Source: Verrucomicrobiota bacterium
GTDB lineage: Bacteria > Verrucomicrobiota > Verrucomicrobiia > Opitutales > Seribacteraceae
Assembly (NCBI GenBank): GCA_027622665.1
Contig: JAQBYT010000001.1
Location: 256,001-320,000 of the forward strand
Reading direction: 5' to 3'
Length of the DNA: 64,000 bases
Shown here: positions 52,429 to 64,000 of the stretch, in pieces
Numbering within the stretch: position 1 is the stretch's first letter
How the letters are laid out: each line of letters opens with the position of its first letter
Program-made: the position numbers and the translations under genes
The notes under the pieces: model-generated
Database searches by the model: none
Seen by the model: the letters and a program-made list of their open reading frames with translations, nothing else
What the model was told of the DNA's origin: nothing

Positions 52429-53081
52429 GAAGAATCAGCCTCCGAAGCAATCGATGGGGACACCTGCTGGTCGTCGTGTATTTCTAGCGTCAAATACCTG
52501 TAGATCCCATGAGCAGACCACTCCATGTCACGGATGATTGAATCCACTCGGGATCGGAGAAATTCTTTACCGCAATATGCAAGCATCGCAATCGATAATC
52601 CTAAAGCAGTAGTTAATAATGCCGAGGAAAAATTGGGGTTGAGATTTACTGCAGTCACTGGCGACCCAAGTTTTTGAAGGGAGTCCAGACAAGACAAAAC
52701 GCTTCCAAGCAAACCAAGCATTGGAGACAATCCCGCAACAGTGCCGAGGAGTCTTTGACGCTTAGCCAATATCGGAATTTCAAGCATCGCTACAGACTGA
52801 ATCGCCTCTTGCATTTCTTGCTTGGAATTATTTCTATGGAGTAACGCTGCACGGACTAAAGCAGCGACAGGACCCCGTGTTTCTTCGCAAAGTGTAAGAG
52901 CCTCTAGAGATCTATTTTTTTTTAACAAATTGATAATCCCATCGAGAAAATCACTCGCGTTAATTTGAACTTTTTGGAAAAAGGTTGTTCGCTCAAAAAA
53001 AACCGTCATCCCAAAGACAGCCATCCCGAGCAACGGCCATGCCACAAGACCTGCGACATCAAAAATATTCAGATATTTCAT
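52425..53081 (-). CDS. MotA/TolQ/ExbB proton channel family protein
   Basis: WPLL TM1, SPMLGLLGSV, ALLTTALGLSIA. Confidence 0.9.
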   Translation of the reverse strand: MKYLNIFDVAGLVAWPLLGMAVFGMTVFFERTTFFQKVQINASDFLDGIINLLKKNRSLEALTLCEETRGPVAALVRAALLHRNNSKQEMQEAIQSVAMLEIPILAKRQRLLGTVAGLSPMLGLLGSVLSCLDSLQKLGSPVTAVNLNPNFSSALLTTALGLSIAMLAYCGKEFLRSRVDSIIRDMEWSAHGIYRYLTLEIHDDQQVSPSIASEADSS

Positions 53082-53098
53082 GGCACTGGGGAACTGCT

Positions 53099-55681
53099 TT
53101 AGTTTTCGTTTGGTGAAAATCTAGCTCGGGCAAGATTACGTCCCGGCAAACCATGTGCCAACAACATCTGATATACACTTCTTGCACCATTCGAATCCCC
53201 CTCCCTGTCGAGAATCTCTCCCAAATCAAGCAAGCTGCGAGAAATCCAATATTTGCCCGAGGCCTTAACATCTGAAAATCGATTGATGTCAGATAAAAAG
53301 AATTTTATTATATCTCGAAAGTATATAACTTTAGCCCTTGTCACGTCTTCCATCCTTCGGAAAACCAAACCTTCCTTGTACGCAGCTTCTGCATGCATCT
53401 CGGGAGAATGCCCTTGTAAACTTTTGAGCTCGGCATAAGCCTCGGCAACTTCAAAAAGTTTTTGACGATCATTTCGAGCAAGAGCTAAAAGGCAGTCAGC
53501 TCTTAACATGTAAGCGGATTTTCTTTCGGGGTGATCCCTGAAAAGATTATTGCCGAGCAGTTGTTTACATAATTCGAGTGCCGACCCAAACTCATTCCGC
53601 CGGCGAAGCAAATTGGCTTGGCGAAGACGTGCGTAGAAAACAAGTTCGTCGTCGGGATACTCCTGGATCAAGCGCTCCAGTAAATCTACGCCCTCTTTTA
53701 AATTTTCATCCATACCCCGTCGTTCAAGATGAAGGGCTGCTTCATACAGGGCTCTAGGTGCATATTGACTCTTCTTGAATCCGTCTGCCAAACGCAGAAG
53801 ATTGCGTTGTGCCTCATCGAGCCGATTTCTTGATGCGTGATGATATGCCTCAACTAGATATGAAAACGCCGATTCGTCAGAATGGGGATATGCGAGGTGC
53901 AAATTGGCGAAAATTTCCGCCGCTTGAGTTTCCTGACTAGATCCCAAAAAAGCTCTTCCCTTCGTCAACAAGACTTGAGCCCTTACTTGGTTATCCAAAT
54001 CGGCAGGTAAACCTTCAGCCTCTGTTAAAAAATCAATCACTCTATCAGATTTTTTTAACGCCTCTTCAGGCTTGTTCATCTGCAAAGCCAAGCTTGCATC
54101 CATCCAAAGTAGACGAACTGTCAAATCTCTAGGCACTAACTTTTCTTTATTATTTAAAAGCAGACGAGTTCTTTCTGACGCAATCTTCAGATGATTGTGT
54201 TCTCTCAAATGCACCAGCAGATTCCACTCTGCTTTCCAAAGTAACTCTTTAGAACCCTTCACATTTGAGAATTCATCCAGCAAATCAATTGATTTATCTA
54301 TGTCGTCTGTTGCCAAAAATGAATTGATTGCTCGAGAAAGAGCCCTATCGGAAATCAAATGGCTTTTAGCAGATGAATGCACTTCCAGATATAAGGCTGC
54401 CGCACTATCGTAGTCACCCGCTAGAAAATGGCAATCGGCCACTTGCAATGAAAGACGGTTCCGTTCCTCGGGCTTTTCTTCCAATTTACTCAATCTCCTA
54501 AGGAAATCGGCGGTCAAACGATATTTTGGGGGATTCCCCCTCCATGCCGCTGCGGCAAGAGCTCTAATGGCGTCAGGTTTTTGTGGTGATCCTGGAAATT
54601 CCTCCATTATCTGCAGAGCGCATCTCTCCGCTACGGCATTTTGCTTAAGCTCCAATGCGAGCTTTAACCTCATGACGAGAATTGTTTCGTATAATTTATG
54701 GTCCGGCAATTTTAAGATATTGTCCAAAAATGATGTGATTTTTTCATTTATCTCAAACCGGCTAGTTAACAAACGAAGCCCCATTCCCATCCATTCATGA
54801 TTTGTTCCAGTCTCTACAAGCGATTCAAGTACGGCTCGTCCCGTATCGTCTTCAGGTGATGATAAAACTCCGTAAAGCAAAAGCAAGCGATCTCGCCAAA
54901 TACCTTTTTCATTACCCACTAATTCAAGCTGGCGTCTCAATTCCTCAAGTGCATCGACTTTCTTGCCAAGAGAGTTGAGTACCATAACATATTGTACGGC
55001 AAATTCTTGACCGGCGGAACGACCGCGAAATTCCTCCATTTGTCGCTTGAGGTTAGCGGCCAGTACTTCACTTCCTCCAGTCTCTAAAATTTCATTGCGA
55101 TAACGCAAAAGCCTAAAATCCGCTCGACGCTCAAGAGTAATCGCCATCTTGAGCGACTGAGAATAGAGAGCTTCCGATGCGGCCGCAGAGGAAGCGGCCA
55201 TCCCTTGCAAGAATACAACCCAAGAACGATTTCCCTCACTCACGTCTTCAGGTTTTAGCTCCGACATCAATTTCCTAAGACCTTCGACATCTCTCTCTAG
55301 AAAGGAAATTAGGGCAAGATGCAGCAATGCCTCATCACTTTGTGCGCCAGAGTGCTCAAGTATTTTCAACTCTTCTTTCGCTAGCTCGATTTCGCCAATC
55401 GCCAAGAAGGAAGAAGTCAACCCAAGGCGAAGTTTGCGGGCCTGACTCTGCGGGACTTGTGCCTTCGCCGCATACTCCAAAGCGTCCTTGTATAACGAAA
55501 TAGCAATACGAGGCAGACCCACCTTCAGGGCGTCTGAGGCAGCACTCTCGTTTAAAGCAAATTGCAGACTCAAGCGCGTTTCTTCGACTGTCCCACACAA
55601 AGCACTCCATGAAACTAACATGGGGACTAAAAGCACTTTTTGGGAAATCCGAAATTGAAAGTTGCGAAACAGCCGTGTCAT
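53099..55681 (-). CDS. large exported tetratricopeptide-repeat protein
   Basis: 860 aa, all-helical with repeated YP.S/FPGS turn motifs (EEFPGSP, AYPHSD, QEYPDD); signal-like N-terminus. Confidence 0.8.
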   Translation of the reverse strand: MTRLFRNFQFRISQKVLLVPMLVSWSALCGTVEETRLSLQFALNESAASDALKVGLPRIAISLYKDALEYAAKAQVPQSQARKLRLGLTSSFLAIGEIELAKEELKILEHSGAQSDEALLHLALISFLERDVEGLRKLMSELKPEDVSEGNRSWVVFLQGMAASSAAASEALYSQSLKMAITLERRADFRLLRYRNEILETGGSEVLAANLKRQMEEFRGRSAGQEFAVQYVMVLNSLGKKVDALEELRRQLELVGNEKGIWRDRLLLLYGVLSSPEDDTGRAVLESLVETGTNHEWMGMGLRLLTSRFEINEKITSFLDNILKLPDHKLYETILVMRLKLALELKQNAVAERCALQIMEEFPGSPQKPDAIRALAAAAWRGNPPKYRLTADFLRRLSKLEEKPEERNRLSLQVADCHFLAGDYDSAAALYLEVHSSAKSHLISDRALSRAINSFLATDDIDKSIDLLDEFSNVKGSKELLWKAEWNLLVHLREHNHLKIASERTRLLLNNKEKLVPRDLTVRLLWMDASLALQMNKPEEALKKSDRVIDFLTEAEGLPADLDNQVRAQVLLTKGRAFLGSSQETQAAEIFANLHLAYPHSDESAFSYLVEAYHHASRNRLDEAQRNLLRLADGFKKSQYAPRALYEAALHLERRGMDENLKEGVDLLERLIQEYPDDELVFYARLRQANLLRRRNEFGSALELCKQLLGNNLFRDHPERKSAYMLRADCLLALARNDRQKLFEVAEAYAELKSLQGHSPEMHAEAAYKEGLVFRRMEDVTRAKVIYFRDIIKFFLSDINRFSDVKASGKYWISRSLLDLGEILDREGDSNGARSVYQMLLAHGLPGRNLARARFSPNEN

Positions 55682-55808
55682 TTTAAAACAAGCCGACTAA
55701 TGGCAGCGTTAGGATTTTGCAAAGCAGATTTAATGTTTAAGCAAACTTGACGTTACATTTTCCAATTGACGCAAGGTTAGTAATATACAGAGATATAAAT
55801 AATAATAT

Positions 55809-55884
<76 letters not shown>

Positions 55885-55944
55885 TTCGTAGTCACGAAAA
55901 GCGAAGTTGACATGTTGACTCTTTGATCATCTGGGGAATTGAAT

Positions 55945-56712
55945 TCAATGATTTAGGAAAGAAAGAACCGTGCTATGTATTTCTGAGCTTGCGGCAACCG
56001 TTGAGTCACTACCTGCGGCTTCCTCGCCAATCCAGTTTGTTATTTTTCCGCCCGCTCCTTGAATGATAGGAATTGCACCATGAAAATCCCACGGGTTGAC
56101 AATGGGATCCAACATTACATCGGCCTTTCCGGTGGCCACCAAGTAATAGCCGTAACAGTCTCCCCATGTTCGACAGTAGGCAACGTTTTTCAACAGACTC
56201 TTCCAACCGACTTCGCTGCGATGAGTTGGTATGTCTCTTTCATCTGATGTCAGAATAACCCATTCGCCACATGGGCCAGACTCGCGAACAGACACTTTAT
56301 TGCCATCCAGTAAAGCCACGTTGCCATCGCCAACAAGCAACTGGTCTCCTAGGGCGGGTAAGTGTATCGCACCCAAAACCGGTTTGCCATTAAATTGCAG
56401 ACACAAGACGGTACCGAAGAGAGGGACACCTGCCACAAAGCTTTTCGTGCCGTCAATCGGATCCACCAACCAAGTCCATTCCGCTTCCTCGCGAACAGAA
56501 TCGAACTCCTCACCGACAATGCCATGTGTCGGAAAGTGTTCGCTTATTCGCTCGCGTAACACCTGTTCGGCTTGACGGTCAGCTTGTGTTACTGGAGAAG
56601 CGTCTTTTTTTTGGTCAACCTTGAGATCTGGATCGCGAAAGTGTTCAAGGATCAACTTGCCACTTTCGCGAGTCCAATCGAATGCAAGATTTTGAAATTG
56701 ATCCAAGTTCAT
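55945..56712 (-). CDS. hisN: inositol monophosphatase family protein, probable histidinol-phosphatase HisN
   Basis: SPVTQADR, GEE, WLVDPIDGTKSF, GDCYGY, WD motifs; complements the monofunctional HisB. Confidence 0.8.
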   Translation of the reverse strand: MNLDQFQNLAFDWTRESGKLILEHFRDPDLKVDQKKDASPVTQADRQAEQVLRERISEHFPTHGIVGEEFDSVREEAEWTWLVDPIDGTKSFVAGVPLFGTVLCLQFNGKPVLGAIHLPALGDQLLVGDGNVALLDGNKVSVRESGPCGEWVILTSDERDIPTHRSEVGWKSLLKNVAYCRTWGDCYGYYLVATGKADVMLDPIVNPWDFHGAIPIIQGAGGKITNWIGEEAAGSDSTVAASSEIHSTVLSFLNH

Positions 56713-56777
56713 GATCTATAATAGCGTTTAATCAACAATATGATGGCTTTTGAAAATTTGGCAACCGGTTCCTTGCC

Positions 56778-57437
56778 GTGAGTTGGACTCATTCCAAAAT
56801 CGCAGTTCTTGATTTCGAAGGAGAAGTCAGTACCGGAGTGGTGGAGTTTGGTGTAGTTGTAATTAAGGATTCGCAAATAATCTCAACAGAAACAGAACAG
56901 TGTAGCCCCTTGGGGACACTTCACCCAAAAAGCATTGAGATACATGGCCTTAGGCAGAGCGATTTATTAGGGTTAGAATCTTTTCCGAAAAAACAACGCT
57001 TTTTTGCTGAACTGAGAGATTCCGTAGATGTGTTTTGTGCTCATCACGCAAGTGTTGAGGAAAACTTATTGAAGGATACATGGCCTTATCGCCCAATCCG
57101 GAGCGAAAAACAGAATCTCAATTGGGGACCATGGGTAGATACCCTTCGACTTTACAAAAAGCTATATCCCGACATTGGCAATTATTCTCTTGCCCATTTG
57201 GTCAGCACCTTTGGCGTGGGAGACAATTTAGAAAAAAATGCCTTAAGGTCTTGCCCGCCGGGCAGGCAAAAATATCATTGTGCCCTTTACGACACCTTGG
57301 CTTCAGCCCTTCTGCTTACTAGGTTAGCGGAGGAACCAAAGATCGCCGATGCGAGCTTGGAGTGGTTGATCGAGGCTAGTGCTTCAGGACAAAAAAAAAG
57401 TGGCCTTCTAACTCAAGAAACCCTGTTTGATCGGTAA
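56778..57437 (+). CDS. DEDDh 3'-5' exonuclease (DnaQ-like)
   Basis: VLDFEG (ExoI), IHGL, AHHASVE (ExoII variant), WVDTL, HCALYD (ExoIII). Confidence 0.85.
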   Translation: MSWTHSKIAVLDFEGEVSTGVVEFGVVVIKDSQIISTETEQCSPLGTLHPKSIEIHGLRQSDLLGLESFPKKQRFFAELRDSVDVFCAHHASVEENLLKDTWPYRPIRSEKQNLNWGPWVDTLRLYKKLYPDIGNYSLAHLVSTFGVGDNLEKNALRSCPPGRQKYHCALYDTLASALLLTRLAEEPKIADASLEWLIEASASGQKKSGLLTQETLFDR

Positions 57438-57474
57438 GATAGTTGAAGACACATTCGCTGAATTACGACACATA

Positions 57475-60087
57475 CTATGTCTCGTCTCCGTCGCTACTTT
57501 CTTCCGCATGTGGAGGTCGTGACTCGGCGACGTCTTCGGCGGCAAGTTCAGGTGAAGGAGAATTCTCATCAGGGACAGACTCTTCTAAAAGCTCTTGATT
57601 TGGTTCGGTATCAATTGGCGAATCCTCAGGGTCCTCGTCATCACCTTCTTGCATGGCAACAACGCGAGAAATCGCAATTAGTTTGTCGCCTTTAGCTAGG
57701 TCCACAAGTTTAACCCCCTTTGTGCCTCTATTTGTCTCACGAATATGGAGCACAGGGCAACGAATGGCCTGACCTTTCTGGGTCAACATCATTATCTCAT
57801 CGTCCTCATCAACAGCTAAAGCACCCGCAAGAGCCTTCGCGTCCATAGCAATGACACCGTAACCGCCTCGCTTGCGAGGCGTGTTATCCTCACCTTCTCC
57901 ACCGCGAGGAAGGAAAGCTGAAAATTCAGTTCTTATCCCCAAACCGTTAGTGCCGGCGATTAGAAGTAGTCGCTCGTCGTCAACTACCAGCATACTCTCC
58001 ACATGATCTCCCTCGCGTAATCGAATTCCACGGACGCCACGGGTAACACGGCCTTGATTCCGAAGTTGGTTTTCGTGGAAACGGAGACCTTTACCATTGT
58101 GAGTAAGCATAAGAATATGGTCGTCTCCCGTGGTCTTACGGGCTTCAATGACAGCGTCGCCTTCATCCACGTTAATGCCAATAAGTCCTCCTTTTCGATG
58201 GTTGCGATATGCCGAGAGGTGAGTCTTTTTCACGACTCCCTTTCGAGTGCATAAAACGAGGGACACCGGTTGCTCAAAATCTTCCACACAGACCATTGCT
58301 GCGACTTTTTCGTTTTTTTGCATCTGAAGCAAATTGACGATGCTGCGACCCTTGGAGTCTCGCCTCCCTTCAGGCACCTCATAGACTTTTTCCACATATA
58401 CACGGCCATTGTTCATGAAGAACATCATTGTGTCGTGGGCATTAGCCGTAAAGAGCTGGTCGATGGGGTCCTCTTCTCTTTGTCCACTGCCGATCACCCC
58501 CTTGCCTCCGCGATGCTGTGAACGATATTCGTCGACCGAAGTACGCTTAATAAAGCCGTTCTTAGTGATGGTGATTACGCAACCATCATTAGGAATTAGG
58601 TCTTCCATTCTGATGTCGCCTTCAGCCTCCGTAATTATGCAACGACGGGGTGAAGGATAAGCATCCTTCATTTCTAAAAGGTCATCCTTGATTACTTCGA
58701 GAAGACGACTTTCGTTACCAATGATTTCACGAAAGCCTTCGATCAGAACCATCAGTCCGGCATATTCCTCCTCGATTTTTTCTCGCTCCATACCCGTAAG
58801 CTGATAGAGGCGAAGATCCAGGATGGCATTGGTCTGTCGCTCAGAAATAGTGAATTTCTCCATCAACTTTGCCTTTGCCTCATTCCTGTTGGCGGATGCG
58901 CGAATGATGCGAACGAACTCGTCAAGGTTATCGAGGGCAATCTTATAGCCCTCCAAAATGTGAGCTCGATCCTCAGCTTTACGAAGGCGAAACTGAGTGC
59001 GACGAAAAATAACCTCGCGGCGATGCTCAACATAGCACTCGAGCATTTCCTTTATGTTCATTTGCCTAGGCCTTCGCTTGTCGATCGCAAGTAGGATGAC
59101 GCCGAAGGAACTTTCGAGAGCCGTCATTTTGTAAAGCTTGTTGAGAGTGACCCGCTCAATCTCACCCATCTTCAGTTCAACCACGATACGAGTCGTTTCG
59201 GTAGACTCGTCGCGTAAATCGCTTACTCCATCTAGCAACTTGTCCTTAACCAAATCGGCAATGCGCGTTACGAGTGTCGCTCGATTCGCGTTATAGGGTA
59301 TTTGGGTGATGACAATTTGTTGCCGACCGCTAGGCAATTCTTCCACCTCCATGCTTCCCCGCATGCGCACAATGCCACGACCGGTTTTCATGTAGGATTG
59401 AATACTTTCAGAACCAGAAATAGTTCCTCCAGAGGGGAAATCCGGACCCGGAAGGTGCTCCATCAACTCATCGATCGTGATGGATGGATCATTAATCAAG
59501 GCACACGTCGCATCAATAATTTCACCTAGATTGTGAGGAGGTATATTCGTTGTCATACCAACAGCAATACCAGTGGACCCATTCATCAAAAGGTTGGGTA
59601 AGGCAGCAGGCAAAACCGTGGGTTCCGTCGAACTCTCTTTGTAATTTGGGGCAAAATCGACGGTGTCCTCGTCGATGTCCCGCAACATTTCTTCCGCAAT
59701 ACGCGTGAGACGGCACTCGGTGTACCTGTAGGCCGCTGCAGAATCACCATCAACAGAGCCAAAATTCCCCTGTCCGTCTACCAACGGATAGCGCATAACC
59801 CATGGTTGTGCCATTCTTACCAAAGTATCGTACACGGAACCATCCCCATGTGGGTGATAATTTTTAAGCACTTCGCCGACAACGCCGGCACATTTGTCAT
59901 ATGGACGATTGTGTAGCAAACCTTCGCGCATCATGGCGTAGAGCACACGACGCTGAACGGGCTTGAAGCCGTCTCGAACATCGGGAAGGGCACGACTGAC
60001 AATTACCGACATCGAGTAATCGATGTAGGCGGTTTGCATGATCTCCGTTATATTGGTTGGGATCAGACGCTCGGAAACTTCTTCCAT
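57475..60087 (-). CDS. gyrA: DNA gyrase subunit A
   Basis: [29 protein letters not shown], GyrA-box QHRGGKG, acidic tail. Confidence 0.98.
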   Translation of the reverse strand: MEEVSERLIPTNITEIMQTAYIDYSMSVIVSRALPDVRDGFKPVQRRVLYAMMREGLLHNRPYDKCAGVVGEVLKNYHPHGDGSVYDTLVRMAQPWVMRYPLVDGQGNFGSVDGDSAAAYRYTECRLTRIAEEMLRDIDEDTVDFAPNYKESSTEPTVLPAALPNLLMNGSTGIAVGMTTNIPPHNLGEIIDATCALINDPSITIDELMEHLPGPDFPSGGTISGSESIQSYMKTGRGIVRMRGSMEVEELPSGRQQIVITQIPYNANRATLVTRIADLVKDKLLDGVSDLRDESTETTRIVVELKMGEIERVTLNKLYKMTALESSFGVILLAIDKRRPRQMNIKEMLECYVEHRREVIFRRTQFRLRKAEDRAHILEGYKIALDNLDEFVRIIRASANRNEAKAKLMEKFTISERQTNAILDLRLYQLTGMEREKIEEEYAGLMVLIEGFREIIGNESRLLEVIKDDLLEMKDAYPSPRRCIITEAEGDIRMEDLIPNDGCVITITKNGFIKRTSVDEYRSQHRGGKGVIGSGQREEDPIDQLFTANAHDTMMFFMNNGRVYVEKVYEVPEGRRDSKGRSIVNLLQMQKNEKVAAMVCVEDFEQPVSLVLCTRKGVVKKTHLSAYRNHRKGGLIGINVDEGDAVIEARKTTGDDHILMLTHNGKGLRFHENQLRNQGRVTRGVRGIRLREGDHVESMLVVDDERLLLIAGTNGLGIRTEFSAFLPRGGEGEDNTPRKRGGYGVIAMDAKALAGALAVDEDDEIMMLTQKGQAIRCPVLHIRETNRGTKGVKLVDLAKGDKLIAISRVVAMQEGDDEDPEDSPIDTEPNQELLEESVPDENSPSPELAAEDVAESRPPHAEESSDGDET

Positions 60088-60157
60088 TTGAATCTATTGG
60101 TTGGGATGATTGGTGGTCGAAAGGTTACTGGCGCTACTTAACAAAATAGCTGCTGGG

Positions 60158-62704
<2,547 letters not shown>

Positions 62705-62783
62705 CTATTAGTAATTCTTGTAGAATGCGAGGGGTGAAGTCTTCAACAAATTACATTTTTTTTTGGTAAGGTAAAACACTTCT

Positions 62784-62813
62784 TTTATAAGCAAAAGGGA
62801 GGGGGTTGGTCAA
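62784..62813 (-). promoter_or_regulatory. putative sigma70 promoter for gyrBA
   Basis: TTGACC-18 nt-TATAAA on the minus strand, ~100 nt upstream of gyrB. Confidence 0.4.
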
Positions 62814-63126
62814 GTGGTTTTGAATAGATTTGAACATGGACAAGGGAAAGATTCAGTAGTGATGGACATGGGCAAATTAGGCCCGACCTCAAACTATCGC
62901 AATGCCTTTATATTAAGCATTTTATGAATCTTTTGTGCGGTTGGTTTTTTGTCGTGAAAAAACGAAGGTCGTATTTTTTAATATCACACCCCCGAGTGAC
63001 CTTCCGAACATCTTTCATTTTATTGCTTAAACACCTTGTGATTCGATGGTCCCAATAGAACCACAAGAATCAAGGGAAAACCTGTGGCCTGAAGTGATGA
63101 CCGCAACAATCGTGAATACACTCGGG

Positions 63127-64000
63127 TTATTGAAATAGACCTCTTATTCCTCCCTCAAAAGGGTGAAATCCCCAAAAATACCCAATCAATACGACACTTG
63201 AAAAGAAATAGAGCAAATTTAAGGGCAATCCGATCTTTACGAAGTCTCGGAAGCGATATCCTCCAACACTGTAAACATAAGTGTTTGTTTGATAACCGAT
63301 AGGAGTAGTGAAACTGGCGGAGGCAGCAATGCAAGTAGCCAGAATAAACGATCGGGCATCTTCAGCCCCAAAATTAAGCCTGCTTGCCAATTCCAAGGAA
63401 ATCGGGGCCATCAAGACGATTGTTGCATTATTGGAAAGGATTTCGGTGAGAACAGCAGTGGTAAGGTAAATTGCAGATAATAGAAGAAATGGCCGTAACT
63501 CTTCGGGCGCATATGCAAACACTCCTGACGCCAGGGCCTCTGCAATCAAATTTGAGGCACCAGAGGATTTCATCGCCAATCCGAGGGTGAGCATTCCATA
63601 AATAAGAACGAGCATGTTCCACTCTACCGAAGCGTATCCATCCTTGGGTTTTATGCACCCAGTTAAAAAAAGAATGGCCACGCCTATGATAGCGGATGCC
63701 GCAATGGGCATAACGCCAAACGCCGAAAAGCCAACGATCCCAGCAATCACACCAATTACCACAGGTGCTTTTCGACTCATGTCCTCCACTGGTACGGGGG
63801 GGTGATCGAGCAGTATCAAGTCCTCGCCTAGCCGAATGTTTTCTATAGATTCTTCAGACCCTAGCAATAAAAGAGTATCCGTAGAGCGGAGGCGGATAGA
63901 ATCGATTTCCTGCGTTAAATTGCGGCCCTTCCGATGAATGGCTATAACCGCTACATTGTGACGCTTTCGAAAATCAATCTCACTTATGCTGAGCGAAATA
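63127..64000 (-). CDS. SLC13/DASS-family permease with TrkA-C domain (3' part, runs off window)
   Basis: Frame open to the window edge (IDFRKRHNVAVIAIHRKG TrkA-C-like); LTEILSNNAT, ASASFTTPIGYQTN, GGYRFRDF. Confidence 0.92.
   Translation of the reverse strand, partial: ISLSISEIDFRKRHNVAVIAIHRKGRNLTQEIDSIRLRSTDTLLLLGSEESIENIRLGEDLILLDHPPVPVEDMSRKAPVVIGVIAGIVGFSAFGVMPIAASAIIGVAILFLTGCIKPKDGYASVEWNMLVLIYGMLTLGLAMKSSGASNLIAEALASGVFAYAPEELRPFLLLSAIYLTTAVLTEILSNNATIVLMAPISLELASRLNFGAEDARSFILATCIAASASFTTPIGYQTNTYVYSVGGYRFRDFVKIGLPLNLLYFFSSVVLIGYFWGFHPFEGGIRGLFQ

Overview
Bacterial core-genome window, most likely from a Verrucomicrobiota (Opitutae-like) organism. That assignment is inferred from the PVC-type EF-Tu switch-I sequence, the DUF1501 and PVC-type heme protein genes, and the gene order. 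Almost all genes are on the minus strand. In transcription order (high to low coordinates): partial SLC13/TrkA-C permease, gyrB-gyrA, DEDD exonuclease (+), HisN/IMPase, tRNA-Gly (+), a TPR-ExbB-ExbD-TonB-like module, then tRNA-Thr-tuf-tRNA-Trp-secE-nusG-rplKAJL-rpoBC-rpsLG-fusA and the S10/spc/alpha clusters. These run on into a small Zn-ribbon membrane gene, guaA, hisDCBH and gltA. Next come a VC0807-like membrane gene (+), coaB-histidine kinase-NtrC regulator, and a ~1 kb tRNA-Asn locus (one intact gene, two decayed copies, short repeats). A three-gene exported module follows (Tat amidohydrolase, Tat DUF1501, ThuA/beta-propeller/HEAT/cytochrome c protein), and finally rplY-pth-rpsF-ssb-rplI. 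Best leads: the three-gene periplasmic module beside the tRNA-Asn relics, the receptor-less TPR-ExbBD-TonB motor, structured RNAs in the rplJ-rplL and rpsJ-rplC spacers, and a natural Pro90->Asn substitution in uS12. No CRISPR array, rRNA, integrase or transposase was seen. All calls are by eye; no searches or folding programs were run.
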